The translations under genes and the position numbers were made by a program. 64,000 nucleotides of DNA from Actinomycetota bacterium (lineage in GTDB: Bacteria; Actinomycetota; AC-67). Position 1 is the stretch's first letter. Each line of letters opens with the position of its first letter. Below are positions 19,866 through 27,898 of the stretch, piece after piece. Location: contig JBAZZY010000001.1 of assembly GCA_041658565.1 (NCBI GenBank), positions 87,405 through 151,404 on the forward strand, written 5' to 3'. The notes under the pieces were generated by a model, which was not told the origin of the DNA, did no database searches, and was given only the letters and a program-made list of their open reading frames with translations.

Positions 19866-20840
19866 ATGAGTACCTCTGAGCGTTCCCACGTTGAGTCGAG
19901 CCGTTCGACGGCCGACTTGGCCCACCGGTTCCTAGATCACCTTCGGGTCGAGCGAGGCGTGGCCCCGAACACCCTGAACGCGTATGGGCGAGATCTGCGT
20001 CTGTATCTGGCGGACCTCGCGGACCAGGGGATCGACGACGTTGCCTGCATCCGCGACCAGGACATTTCCGGATTCGTCGAGAGGATGCGAGGGCGGGAAT
20101 ACGCCGAAGGGCGTCGGTATTCGGAAGCCACAGTGGCCCGAGTGATCGCTGCCGTTCGGGGATTCCACAGGTATCTCTTGCGAGAGGGCATCGTGGGGTC
20201 GGACGCCTCGGAGCCCGTCGGATCGATGCGGATCTCCCGGGCACTGCCCAAGGCTTTGTCGTCGGACGAGGTCGAGCGTCTATTGCGCGCCGTGGCCGCA
20301 GAGGGTCCCGCCGCCCTGCGTGACCGTGCGATGTTGGAAACGCTCTACGCGGCCGGCCTGAGGATCTCCGAGTTGACCTTCCTGGACGTTGACGACGTGG
20401 ATCTTGAGGACGCCACGGTCCGGTGCGTCGGGAAAGGCTCGAAGGAGCGGGTCGTCCCCATGGGTCGAGTCGCCGTCGATGCGCTCGCGGCGTATCTGAC
20501 GCAGGCCCGGCCGGCACTCGCGAAGGGTCGCGGAGAACCTGCCCTGTTCCTGAACCAGCGTGGGCGACGCCTGACCAGGCAGGGATGCTGGAAGCTTCTG
20601 AAGCGATACGCGGAGATGGCGGGGTTGACTCGCCGCGTCTCGCCTCACACGCTTCGCCATTCCTTCGCCACGCATTTGCTGGATGGTGGAGCCGACATTC
20701 GCATCGTCCAGGAGTTGTTGGGACACGCAAGCGTATCGACGACTCAGGTGTATACCCTCGTCAGCCAAGAGAGACTGCGCGAGGTCTACGATTCCTATCA
20801 CCCGCGTGCCAAGCGTCCGCCTGTGACGCGTCACGCCTAG
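19866..20840 (+). CDS. xerD: Site-specific tyrosine recombinase XerD
   Basis: N-terminal FLDHLRVERGVAPNTLNAYGRDLRLY; catalytic R..HxxR..Y (LRHSFATHLLDGGADIRIVQELLGHASVSTTQVYT). Confidence 0.92.
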   Translation: MSTSERSHVESSRSTADLAHRFLDHLRVERGVAPNTLNAYGRDLRLYLADLADQGIDDVACIRDQDISGFVERMRGREYAEGRRYSEATVARVIAAVRGFHRYLLREGIVGSDASEPVGSMRISRALPKALSSDEVERLLRAVAAEGPAALRDRAMLETLYAAGLRISELTFLDVDDVDLEDATVRCVGKGSKERVVPMGRVAVDALAAYLTQARPALAKGRGEPALFLNQRGRRLTRQGCWKLLKRYAEMAGLTRRVSPHTLRHSFATHLLDGGADIRIVQELLGHASVSTTQVYTLVSQERLREVYDSYHPRAKRPPVTRHA

Positions 20841-20853
20841 GGAGGAGAGCCCG

Positions 20854-21204
20854 ATGGAGATCGCCGAACTCGACCGTTTTCGGACCGCGCTCGACGAGCT
20901 TCGCGAGGAGTTGCGGAAGCAGCTGACGGAACTCGGCGCCAACCCCGACGAGGAATCCCTCGACGGGGTTGACTACGACTTCGGGTTTGCCGACTCCGCG
21001 CAGTCCACCGCCGAGCGAGGGAAGGTGCTCGCCCTTGTTGAGCGCCTCCGCGAGCAACTCGCCGAGGTGGGTCACGCGTTGCACAGGATGGACGAGGGGG
21101 GTTACGGGACCTGCATCAGGTGCGGCCAGACCATTGGAGCCGAACGCCTAGAAGCCCTTCCTTACAGCACGCTGTGCGTGTCCTGTAAGCAGAAATCCAC
21201 GTAG
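20854..21204 (+). CDS. DksA/TraR-family C4-type zinc-finger protein
   Basis: Coiled-coil N-terminus and C-terminal CIRCGQTIGAERLEALPYSTLCVSC zinc finger. Confidence 0.7.
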   Translation: MEIAELDRFRTALDELREELRKQLTELGANPDEESLDGVDYDFGFADSAQSTAERGKVLALVERLREQLAEVGHALHRMDEGGYGTCIRCGQTIGAERLEALPYSTLCVSCKQKST

Positions 21205-21302
21205 GTCCCACTTGTTCACCCGCTTCCAGCTGGGATAGCATCCTCCGGGCCACAAGGCGACTCATGTCTACGTAGCCTTGTCGACTTTTCGGAGGGGGAG
21301 CG

Positions 21303-22280
21303 GTGGCAAGAATCATCTCGCTTGCCAATCAGAAGGGCGGGGTCGGGAAGACGACCACCACCATCAACCTGGGGGCAGCGCTCGCGGAGCGCGGCCAGCG
21401 GGTTCTACTTGCGGACTTCGATCCGCAAGGGGCGTTGTCGGTGGGCGTCGGGGTGAACTCGATCGAACTTGACCAAACGATCTACAACCTTTTGCTGGAC
21501 CGGCAGTGCCGGTTTGAGGACGTGGTCGTAAAGACCAACATGGTCGGCGTCGAATTGCTGCCCGGCAACATCGACTTGTCGGCGGCAGAAGTCGTGCTGG
21601 TCAGCGAAGTTGCGCGCGAGCAAGCCCTTAAGCGAGTGCTTGGGCCGATTCGAGACGACTACGACTTCGTCCTAATCGACTGTCCGCCGTCGCTCGGCCT
21701 GCTGACCGTAAACGCGCTGACCGCATCGGACGGCGTGATCATCCCGCTGGAGTGCGAGTTCTTCGCTCTTAGGGGAATGGCGTTGCTCGTGGACACTATC
21801 GAGAAGGTTAGGGATCGACTTAACCCTGAACTAGACATTGAGGGTGTCGTTGCAACGATGTACGACGGACGCACTCTGCACGGGAAAGAGGTTCTGTCTC
21901 GCGTGCGAGAGGCTTTCGCGGCCCGCTTGTTCGAGACGACCATACCGCGAACCGTGCGTTTCGCTGAGGCGCCGGTGGCGGGGGAGTCGATTCTTGCGTA
22001 CGCACCGAACACAAAGGGAGCCCAGGCGTACCAAAGCTTGGCCAAGGAGGTGCTGGGAGTTGTCGACGACGAAGAGAGCGAGCCTACCTGGGGCGGAGGA
22101 GCTGTTCCGGGCGACGGGCATAGCCCGACCGGAACCAGTGCGAGAGATGTCGCGAGCGGTGGATTCGGGACCGACGCTCCAACAACCAGCGCGTTCGACG
22201 TTCCAGTCGACACAGCGCCATGTAGACAAATCTACGAAGATACAGGCCCCGAGGCAGGGGAGTACGCGCCAACGCCATGA
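21303..22280 (+). CDS. parA: ParA/Soj-family partitioning ATPase (Rv1708-like), with low-complexity C-terminal tail
   Basis: Deviant Walker A NQKGGVGKTTTTINL and ParA motifs through ~aa 255. The C-terminal ~70 aa are Gly/Pro/Thr-rich and overlap an alternative-frame ORF (see findings). Confidence 0.85.
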   Translation: MARIISLANQKGGVGKTTTTINLGAALAERGQRVLLADFDPQGALSVGVGVNSIELDQTIYNLLLDRQCRFEDVVVKTNMVGVELLPGNIDLSAAEVVLVSEVAREQALKRVLGPIRDDYDFVLIDCPPSLGLLTVNALTASDGVIIPLECEFFALRGMALLVDTIEKVRDRLNPELDIEGVVATMYDGRTLHGKEVLSRVREAFAARLFETTIPRTVRFAEAPVAGESILAYAPNTKGAQAYQSLAKEVLGVVDDEESEPTWGGGAVPGDGHSPTGTSARDVASGGFGTDAPTTSAFDVPVDTAPCRQIYEDTGPEAGEYAPTP

Positions 22281-22514
22281 GGAGAAGGTCACCTTCTACT
22301 GCACTCGAGAGGAATTGCTGGCGCTCGAGCGCGCTCGCCTCGCGCTGAAGGAGATCGGTGCGTCCGCGGATCGCGGCCGCCTGGTTCGGGAGGCGTTGTC
22401 GTACACGCTTGCCGATCTCGAAGCCAACGGGCCCGCGTCGATTCTCGCCGACCGCCTTCTCCGCCGCCGGTAGGCGTTACCCTCAGACTCCACTAGAGAT
22501 TTAAGGAACGCGCT

Positions 22515-23138
22515 ATGGATCCCGTCGCCGGACTCGGGGTGCTGATTGGCTTCGTGGCGGGGCTTTCCCTCCATGACTATGCCCACTCGCTGGCCGCGAC
22601 AGCTCTCGGGGATCGAACCCCCCGTCTCATGCGCCGAAGAACCCTCGATCTGCGAGCCCACGCGGATCCTCTGGGGACGATCATTCTGCCGGGCATTTTC
22701 GCGATTGCGGCGGCGTTCGGGTCGCCGCTGTCGCCCATGTTCGGGTGGGGGAAGCGGCACGCGCTCAACCCCCGCGCTCTACGTCACCCCAGTCGGGACG
22801 TTGTCATCGTGGCGCTCGCCGGCCCAGGTGCGACGCTGCTGCTGGCTTTCCTGGCGATATCGCTGGTCAGGATCGTCGGGTGTGGTCCCGGTGGCAGGGT
22901 CCTGGCATGGGGCGCGCTGGCGTTGGTGTTTCTCACTGTGATTGAGGTCCTGCCGATTCCAGGACGGGACGGGGGTCGCATTCTTGCGCGGTTCCTTCCT
23001 TCGCATGCGGCGATCCGGATGGAGGAGTTGATCCAATACGAGGTGCTGTTTCTTCTTGGCCTCTACATGTTCCTTCGCGGCGTCGTGAACGGGATTGCCG
23101 ACCAGGTCATCCGGTCCCTCGGCGGGTTATCTTGCTGA
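22515..23138 (+). CDS. Site-2 protease family (M50-like) small membrane metalloprotease, putative
   Basis: Multi-TM protein; an HDYAH motif replaces HExxH. Confidence 0.45.
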   Translation: MDPVAGLGVLIGFVAGLSLHDYAHSLAATALGDRTPRLMRRRTLDLRAHADPLGTIILPGIFAIAAAFGSPLSPMFGWGKRHALNPRALRHPSRDVVIVALAGPGATLLLAFLAISLVRIVGCGPGGRVLAWGALALVFLTVIEVLPIPGRDGGRILARFLPSHAAIRMEELIQYEVLFLLGLYMFLRGVVNGIADQVIRSLGGLSC

Positions 23139-23188
23139 TCGCGCACCTCGCGAGCGCGGGCGAGTCGCGCGGGTACACTGCATGAGAC

Positions 23189-23974
23189 ATGGCGTACCAG
23201 GTGAAGCTTGAGGTGTTCGAAGGTCCCTTCGACCTGCTGTTGCACCTTATTTCGAAACGGGAACTCGACGTCTACGAGGTTTCCCTGGCGCAGATAACCG
23301 AGGAGTACCTCGATCACCTGCGGGGCATGCAGGATTTCGACCTCGAGATCGCTACGGAGTTCTTGGTGGTTGCCGCCACCCTGATTGAGATCAAGGCCTC
23401 CCGCCTGCTGCCGGGCCCACCCTCGGACGACGAAGACGCGCTGGCGCTGAGTTCGCGGGACATGCTGATCGCGAAGTTGCTGGAGTACCGGGCGTTCAAG
23501 GATGCGGGAGTCCTGTTCCTGCAGGCCATTGCCGACAACGTCGGATACATCGGCAGATCTGCCGGCCCCGGCCGGGAGTTCGACAGGCTCTGTCCGGACC
23601 TGCTGGCTCGGGTCTCGCCCGTGGATCTCGCGACGCTAGCCGCGCGCGCGCTGTTGCCGAAGCCTGTTCCGACGCTGGACCTGAGCCATATCTCGCCAAT
23701 TCGAGCAACGGTGGCCGAGGCTGTTTCCCACGTTCTACGTGAACTTGCTAAGCGTCGGTCGATTTCGTTCGACGAGATCGTGGCGGGGTGCAAGTCGCGA
23801 ATCGACGTTGTTGTTCGATTCCTCGCAGTCCTCGAACTCGTGAAGAGCAACGAGGTCGAGGTCCGCCAGAAGGAGTCATTCGGCGAGATTTCGTTGAGCC
23901 GTCGTGGGGATGTCGGTGTAGTCGTAGATCTTGCTATCGACGAGTACGAGAGCGTCGGAGGAGACGCGCGTTGA
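23189..23974 (+). CDS. scpA: Segregation and condensation protein A
   Basis: FEGPFDLLLHLI...EVSLAQITEEYL, the canonical ScpA N-terminus. Confidence 0.9.
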   Translation: MAYQVKLEVFEGPFDLLLHLISKRELDVYEVSLAQITEEYLDHLRGMQDFDLEIATEFLVVAATLIEIKASRLLPGPPSDDEDALALSSRDMLIAKLLEYRAFKDAGVLFLQAIADNVGYIGRSAGPGREFDRLCPDLLARVSPVDLATLAARALLPKPVPTLDLSHISPIRATVAEAVSHVLRELAKRRSISFDEIVAGCKSRIDVVVRFLAVLELVKSNEVEVRQKESFGEISLSRRGDVGVVVDLAIDEYESVGGDAR

Positions 23975-24513
23975 GCGATCTTCTCCGGCAGTTGGAGGCC
24001 ATCTTGTTTGTGGCGGATGAGCCCGTGCCGTTGGTGCAGCTCGCGCAGGTGACGGAGACGGCGCGAGACGCCGTTCACGCCGCACTCGAAAGCATGCGTT
24101 CGGAGTGCGAGAGCGCCGGACGCGGTGTTGTGGTCCGTGAGGTTGCCGGCGGATGGCGGATGTACACGCATCCAGAGGTCGCCTCGTATGTTGAGCGCTT
24201 CGTGTTGGCCGTGCAGCAGCCGCGGCTGACGCAGGCCGCACTCGAGACGCTCGCGATCATCGCTTACAAACAGCCGGTCAGTCGTCAGCAGATCTCGGCA
24301 ATTCGAGGTGTGAATTCCGACGGTGTCGTCACTACCCTGGAGTCCCGCGGGCTTGTGCGGGAATCTGGGCGGGACCCGGGACCGGGGCAAGCAGTGCTGT
24401 ACGGAACCACGCCGCTTTTCTTGGAACGAATGGGGCTCAGGTCGATTGACGAACTGCCTGCGATTGCCTCTATGTTGCCGTCTGGAGCAGTCGCCAATGA
24501 ACTCGAACCGTAG
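23971..24513 (+). CDS. scpB: Segregation and condensation protein B
   Basis: LEAILFVADEPV...AYKQPVSRQQISAIRGV...LYGTT winged-helix ScpB motifs. TTG start overlaps the scpA stop (TTGA). Confidence 0.85.
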   Translation: MSDLLRQLEAILFVADEPVPLVQLAQVTETARDAVHAALESMRSECESAGRGVVVREVAGGWRMYTHPEVASYVERFVLAVQQPRLTQAALETLAIIAYKQPVSRQQISAIRGVNSDGVVTTLESRGLVRESGRDPGPGQAVLYGTTPLFLERMGLRSIDELPAIASMLPSGAVANELEP

Positions 24514-26098
24514 ATCTTCCGGAAGCACTTCGGGTCGCACATCGAAACCCCCAACCGGCGGGGCTCGAAAACAAGTGCGCAAGCCGTCATCGACCGCCGG
24601 CCGAACCGGTGGCTCCACGGGGGCACCTCGAACCCCGGCGCGCGGCGGTGCCAGAGGTGCTGCCCCGTCCAAAGATCGAGCCGGCGGCGGCCGGCCGGCT
24701 CCGGCGCGCGATCGGAGCAGCCGACCAGACGCGAGACCTGCGCGCGCAGAGCGGACCGAGTTCGGCGCAGCGCCGCGCAGACCGACAGGTTCCAGACCGG
24801 CAGGTTCCAGACCGACATCAGCTTCGGGCAGGACCCCCGGGGGTGCGACCGGGCGTCCGACCGGGCGCACCACGCGGCAGCGACCGGCGCCCTGGGAGTC
24901 CGAGGGTGGATCCCGACCGAGTGGCCGAACCGGTGGCTCCACGGGGGCACCTCGAACCCCGGCGCGCGGTGGTGCCAGAGGTGCGGCCCCGTCCAAAGAT
25001 CGAGCGGGCGGCGGCCGGCCGGCTCCGGCGCGCGATCGGAGCAGCCGACCAGACGCGAGACCTGCGCGCGCAGAGCGGACCGAGTTCGGCGCAGCGCCGC
25101 GCAGACCGGCAGGTTCCAGACCGACATCAACTTCCGGTCGGACTACCGGGGGTGCGACCGGGCGTCCGACCGGGCGCACCACGCGGCAGCGACCGGCGCC
25201 CTGGGAGTCCGAGGGTGGATCCCGACCGAGTGGCCGAACCGGTGGCTCCACGGGGGCACCTCGAACCCCGGCGCGCGGCGGTGCCAGAGGTGCGGCCCCG
25301 TCCAAAGATCGAGCCGGCGGCGGCCGGCCGACTCCGGCGCGCGATCGCCGGCCGCCGTCGCCTCGGAACGAATCGGCGACCGGCGTGCGGTTGCAGAAGG
25401 TCTTGGCGGCCGGTGGAGTCGGATCGCGGCGGACCGCCGAGGAGTTGATCGACGCCGGTAGGGTCAGGGTCGACGGCGATGTTGTGCGCGTCCAAGGGAT
25501 GCGCGTGGATCCGTCGACGGCGCGAATCGAGGTTGACGGCGAGCGAGTGAACGTGTCGGCCGATCACGAGTACCTGATCATGAACAAGCCGTCGGGGGTT
25601 CTGACCACGGCGGACGATCCTCAGGGTCGTCCGACCGTGCTTGATTTGGTGAAGAGTCGCCGCCGGTTGTTCCCCGTGGGCCGGCTCGATGCCGACACGA
25701 TGGGGCTGCTCCTGCTGACCGACAACGGCGAGTTGGCCCATCGCCTGGCGCATCCTCGTTACGAGGTGCCCAGGACCTATGTAGCAGAGGTCAAGGGGAA
25801 CCCTTCGCCGGACGTGCTTGCGAGGTTGACCGAGGGGGTCCTGCTGGAGGACGGTCCGGCGGCCGCGAAGTCAGTTCGCCTGATGCGAACCACCGGCGGC
25901 CGTTGTCAGGTAGAGATCGTCATGACCGAAGGGCGCAAGCGCGAAGTTCGCCGGATGTTTGATGTCGTGGAGTGCCCGGTTGTCTACCTCGCACGAGTTG
26001 CCTTCGGCACGCTTCGACTGGATGATCTTCCTTCAGGGAAGACCCGCTCCTTGACCCCTGCGGAAGTTGGCCGCCTTCTTGAGTCGGTGGGACTCTAA
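24497..26098 (+). CDS. rluB: Pseudouridine synthase RluB/RsuA family with long repetitive Arg/Pro/Gly-rich N-terminal extension
   Basis: C-terminal S4 domain (RLQKVLAAGGVGSRRTAEELIDAGRVRVDG) plus catalytic domain (MNKPSGVLTT...GRLDADTMGLLLLTDNGELAHRL). The N-terminal ~290 aa are a tandem-repeat disordered region. Confidence 0.88.
   Translation: MNSNRRSSGSTSGRTSKPPTGGARKQVRKPSSTAGRTGGSTGAPRTPARGGARGAAPSKDRAGGGRPAPARDRSSRPDARPARAERTEFGAAPRRPTGSRPAGSRPTSASGRTPGGATGRPTGRTTRQRPAPWESEGGSRPSGRTGGSTGAPRTPARGGARGAAPSKDRAGGGRPAPARDRSSRPDARPARAERTEFGAAPRRPAGSRPTSTSGRTTGGATGRPTGRTTRQRPAPWESEGGSRPSGRTGGSTGAPRTPARGGARGAAPSKDRAGGGRPTPARDRRPPSPRNESATGVRLQKVLAAGGVGSRRTAEELIDAGRVRVDGDVVRVQGMRVDPSTARIEVDGERVNVSADHEYLIMNKPSGVLTTADDPQGRPTVLDLVKSRRRLFPVGRLDADTMGLLLLTDNGELAHRLAHPRYEVPRTYVAEVKGNPSPDVLARLTEGVLLEDGPAAAKSVRLMRTTGGRCQVEIVMTEGRKREVRRMFDVVECPVVYLARVAFGTLRLDDLPSGKTRSLTPAEVGRLLESVGL
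24601..25335 (+). repeat. Near-perfect tandem repeat, ~324 + ~309 + ~100 bp (≈2.3 copies), inside the rluB 5' coding region
   Basis: CCGAACCGGTGGCTCCACGGGGGCACCTCGAACCCCGGCGCGCGG... recurs at 24601, 24925 and 25234. Copy 1 contains an extra internal 15-bp duplication (CAGGTTCCAGACCGG ×2). Confidence 0.9.
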
Positions 26099-26149
26099 GC
26101 AAGCGTTCCTGCGGGGCTCACCGCCGGGCACCGCTATCATCTTGGCCTT

Positions 26150-26518
26150 ATGACCAAGATGATAAGAGGACTCCGTGGGGCCATCACCCTAGATTCGGAC
26201 AGCCGCGAGCAGGTGATGGATCGCACATCGACCCTGATCAGGGCGATGGTCGAGCGCAACGAGATCGAGAGTGAAGACATCGTGAGCGTGTTGTTCACTG
26301 CTACGGACGACATCAAGTCCGAGTTTCCGGCCGCAGCCGCACGTGCGATCGGCATCTCGCAGGTGCCACTGCTGTGCGCCAAGGAGCTAAGCGTGACCGA
26401 CGCTCTTCCACTGTGCATTCGGGTGTTAATGCACCTGTATACCGAGCGTTCCCCAGATCAGCTTCGACACGTGTACCTCGAGGGCGCCCGGCCGCTGCGA
26501 ACGGACCTTCCGCAATGA
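26150..26518 (+). CDS. aroH: Chorismate mutase, AroH class (monofunctional)
   Basis: MIRGLRGAITL...VSVLFTATDDIKSEFPAAAAR...CIRVLMH...RHVYLEGARPLRTDL is colinear with B. subtilis AroH. Confidence 0.85.
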   Translation: MTKMIRGLRGAITLDSDSREQVMDRTSTLIRAMVERNEIESEDIVSVLFTATDDIKSEFPAAAARAIGISQVPLLCAKELSVTDALPLCIRVLMHLYTERSPDQLRHVYLEGARPLRTDLPQ

Positions 26519-27609
26519 AGGCGGCGATCCTTGGGTGCGGTCTGATAGGAGGGTCTATCGGGCTCGCTCTGAAGGGGCATCCCGGCGGACCGTCCGAGAT
26601 CGTCGTGTTCGATCGTGAACTTGGAGCGGCGCGCGCGGCCGTCGATCGAGGTGCCGCTGATCGCTTTGAGCTGAGCGCCGCGGCTGCGGTCGCCGCGGCT
26701 GACGTGGTTTTCGTCGCCACGCCGGTGCGTTCAATCGCCACGGCGGTAGCGGACGCAGTCCCGGGGCTAAAACCTGGCGCAATCCTGACAGATGTTGGCA
26801 GCACCAAGACTCGAGTAGTAGTTGAGGTCGAGAGTCTTCTGCCGGCGGGCGTGTTCTTTGTGGGCGGGCATCCCATGGCCGGAAGCGAGCAAGAGGGGAT
26901 CGCCGGAGCGCGGGGAGACCTGTTCGAGGGGGCTTGGTGGATTCTGACGCCCACAGAGGGCTCTCAGCCGGCCACGTATCAGTTCCTGCACGGAGTCCTG
27001 ACCGCTCTGGGCGCTCGGATCATGGCTTTGAAGCCTGAACAGCATGACGATCTAATGGCAACCGTGAGTCACCTACCGCAACTGGTCGCGACGACCGTGA
27101 TGAACATGGCAGCCGACCGAGGCAAGGACCACGCGGGGCTTCTTGCGCTCGCCGCCGGAGGTTTTCGAGACGTCACTCGAGTGGCAGCCAGCAATCCAGA
27201 CATCTGGCTGGATATCTGTAGGGACAACAAAGACGCCATCGTTATCGCGTTGGGGGAGGCGGCAAATCGCCTGCTTGCGCTGCGCGACCTGGTGCAAGAC
27301 GAGGATCTAGAGGGGCTCGGGGATGTCCTGGCCGCCGCGCGCGAGGCTCGCAAGAGCTTGCCCGGGAAGGCGACAGAAGGGGAGGCCTACGAGATTCGTG
27401 TTCCCGTTCCGGACCGACCAGGTGTTCTCGCGGAAGTGACGACATCAGTAGGGAATCTTGGCGTGAACATTGAAGGCCTCGACATCACCCACGCAGAAGA
27501 GGGCGGACAGGGATTCCTCCGGTTGTCCATTCTCGGGGCCGACAACACCCGTCGAGTGCGCGAGATCCTGCAGCGTCTTGGATACGAACCAACGGATACG
27601 GAGTTATGA
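26515..27609 (+). CDS. tyrA: Prephenate dehydrogenase with C-terminal ACT domain
   Basis: MKAAILGCGLIGGSIGLAL Rossmann N-terminus; ACT-like C-terminus. ATG overlaps the aroH stop (ATGA). Confidence 0.85.
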   Translation: MKAAILGCGLIGGSIGLALKGHPGGPSEIVVFDRELGAARAAVDRGAADRFELSAAAAVAAADVVFVATPVRSIATAVADAVPGLKPGAILTDVGSTKTRVVVEVESLLPAGVFFVGGHPMAGSEQEGIAGARGDLFEGAWWILTPTEGSQPATYQFLHGVLTALGARIMALKPEQHDDLMATVSHLPQLVATTVMNMAADRGKDHAGLLALAAGGFRDVTRVAASNPDIWLDICRDNKDAIVIALGEAANRLLALRDLVQDEDLEGLGDVLAAAREARKSLPGKATEGEAYEIRVPVPDRPGVLAEVTTSVGNLGVNIEGLDITHAEEGGQGFLRLSILGADNTRRVREILQRLGYEPTDTEL

Positions 27610-27614
27610 AGGCA

Positions 27615-27650
27615 CGAAGTGACTTGTCGACGTCGGGACAAGTCACTTCG
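27615..27650. promoter_or_regulatory. Perfect 14-bp inverted repeat, CGAAGTGACTTGTC-gacgtcgg-GACAAGTCACTTCG
   Basis: Read directly. Lies 6 nt after the tyrA stop; not followed by a T-run on either strand. Marks the start of an AT-rich island. Confidence 0.5.
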
Positions 27651-27898
27651 TGGTCAAAGCGGTTCGTCGACAAATGACTATATCTTCAAACCGGTGAACT
27701 ACCAGGGCGTGCGACCAGCGAAAGTACGGGACATGACGATATGTCGACAAAGATGTCTATAGCTTCATCTTTAAAAGCACTTCAGGATCAATCTCTTCGC
27801 CGCCAAGTACCTGAAGAGATTGATCGCCGAGTAGATTCACATCACGGCGGAATCGCTGACGTCCTGGTTTGCCTGCACACAGAAGGCTGCCCGTGGAC

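Noticed and set aside
19108-20730. 540-aa minus-strand ORF across ald/xerD
   Set aside because: Antisense to two well-supported genes; extreme Arg/Pro content.
23314-25305. 663-aa minus-strand ORF spanning scpA/scpB/rluB
   Set aside because: Arg/Pro/Gly/Ala low-complexity translation antisense to three well-supported genes and to the rluB tandem repeat; an artefact of high GC and the repeat.
24601-25335. Possible CRISPR array suggested by regular repeats
   Set aside because: Repeat units are ~320 bp, contiguous with no unique spacers, and in-frame coding sequence of rluB; not CRISPR.
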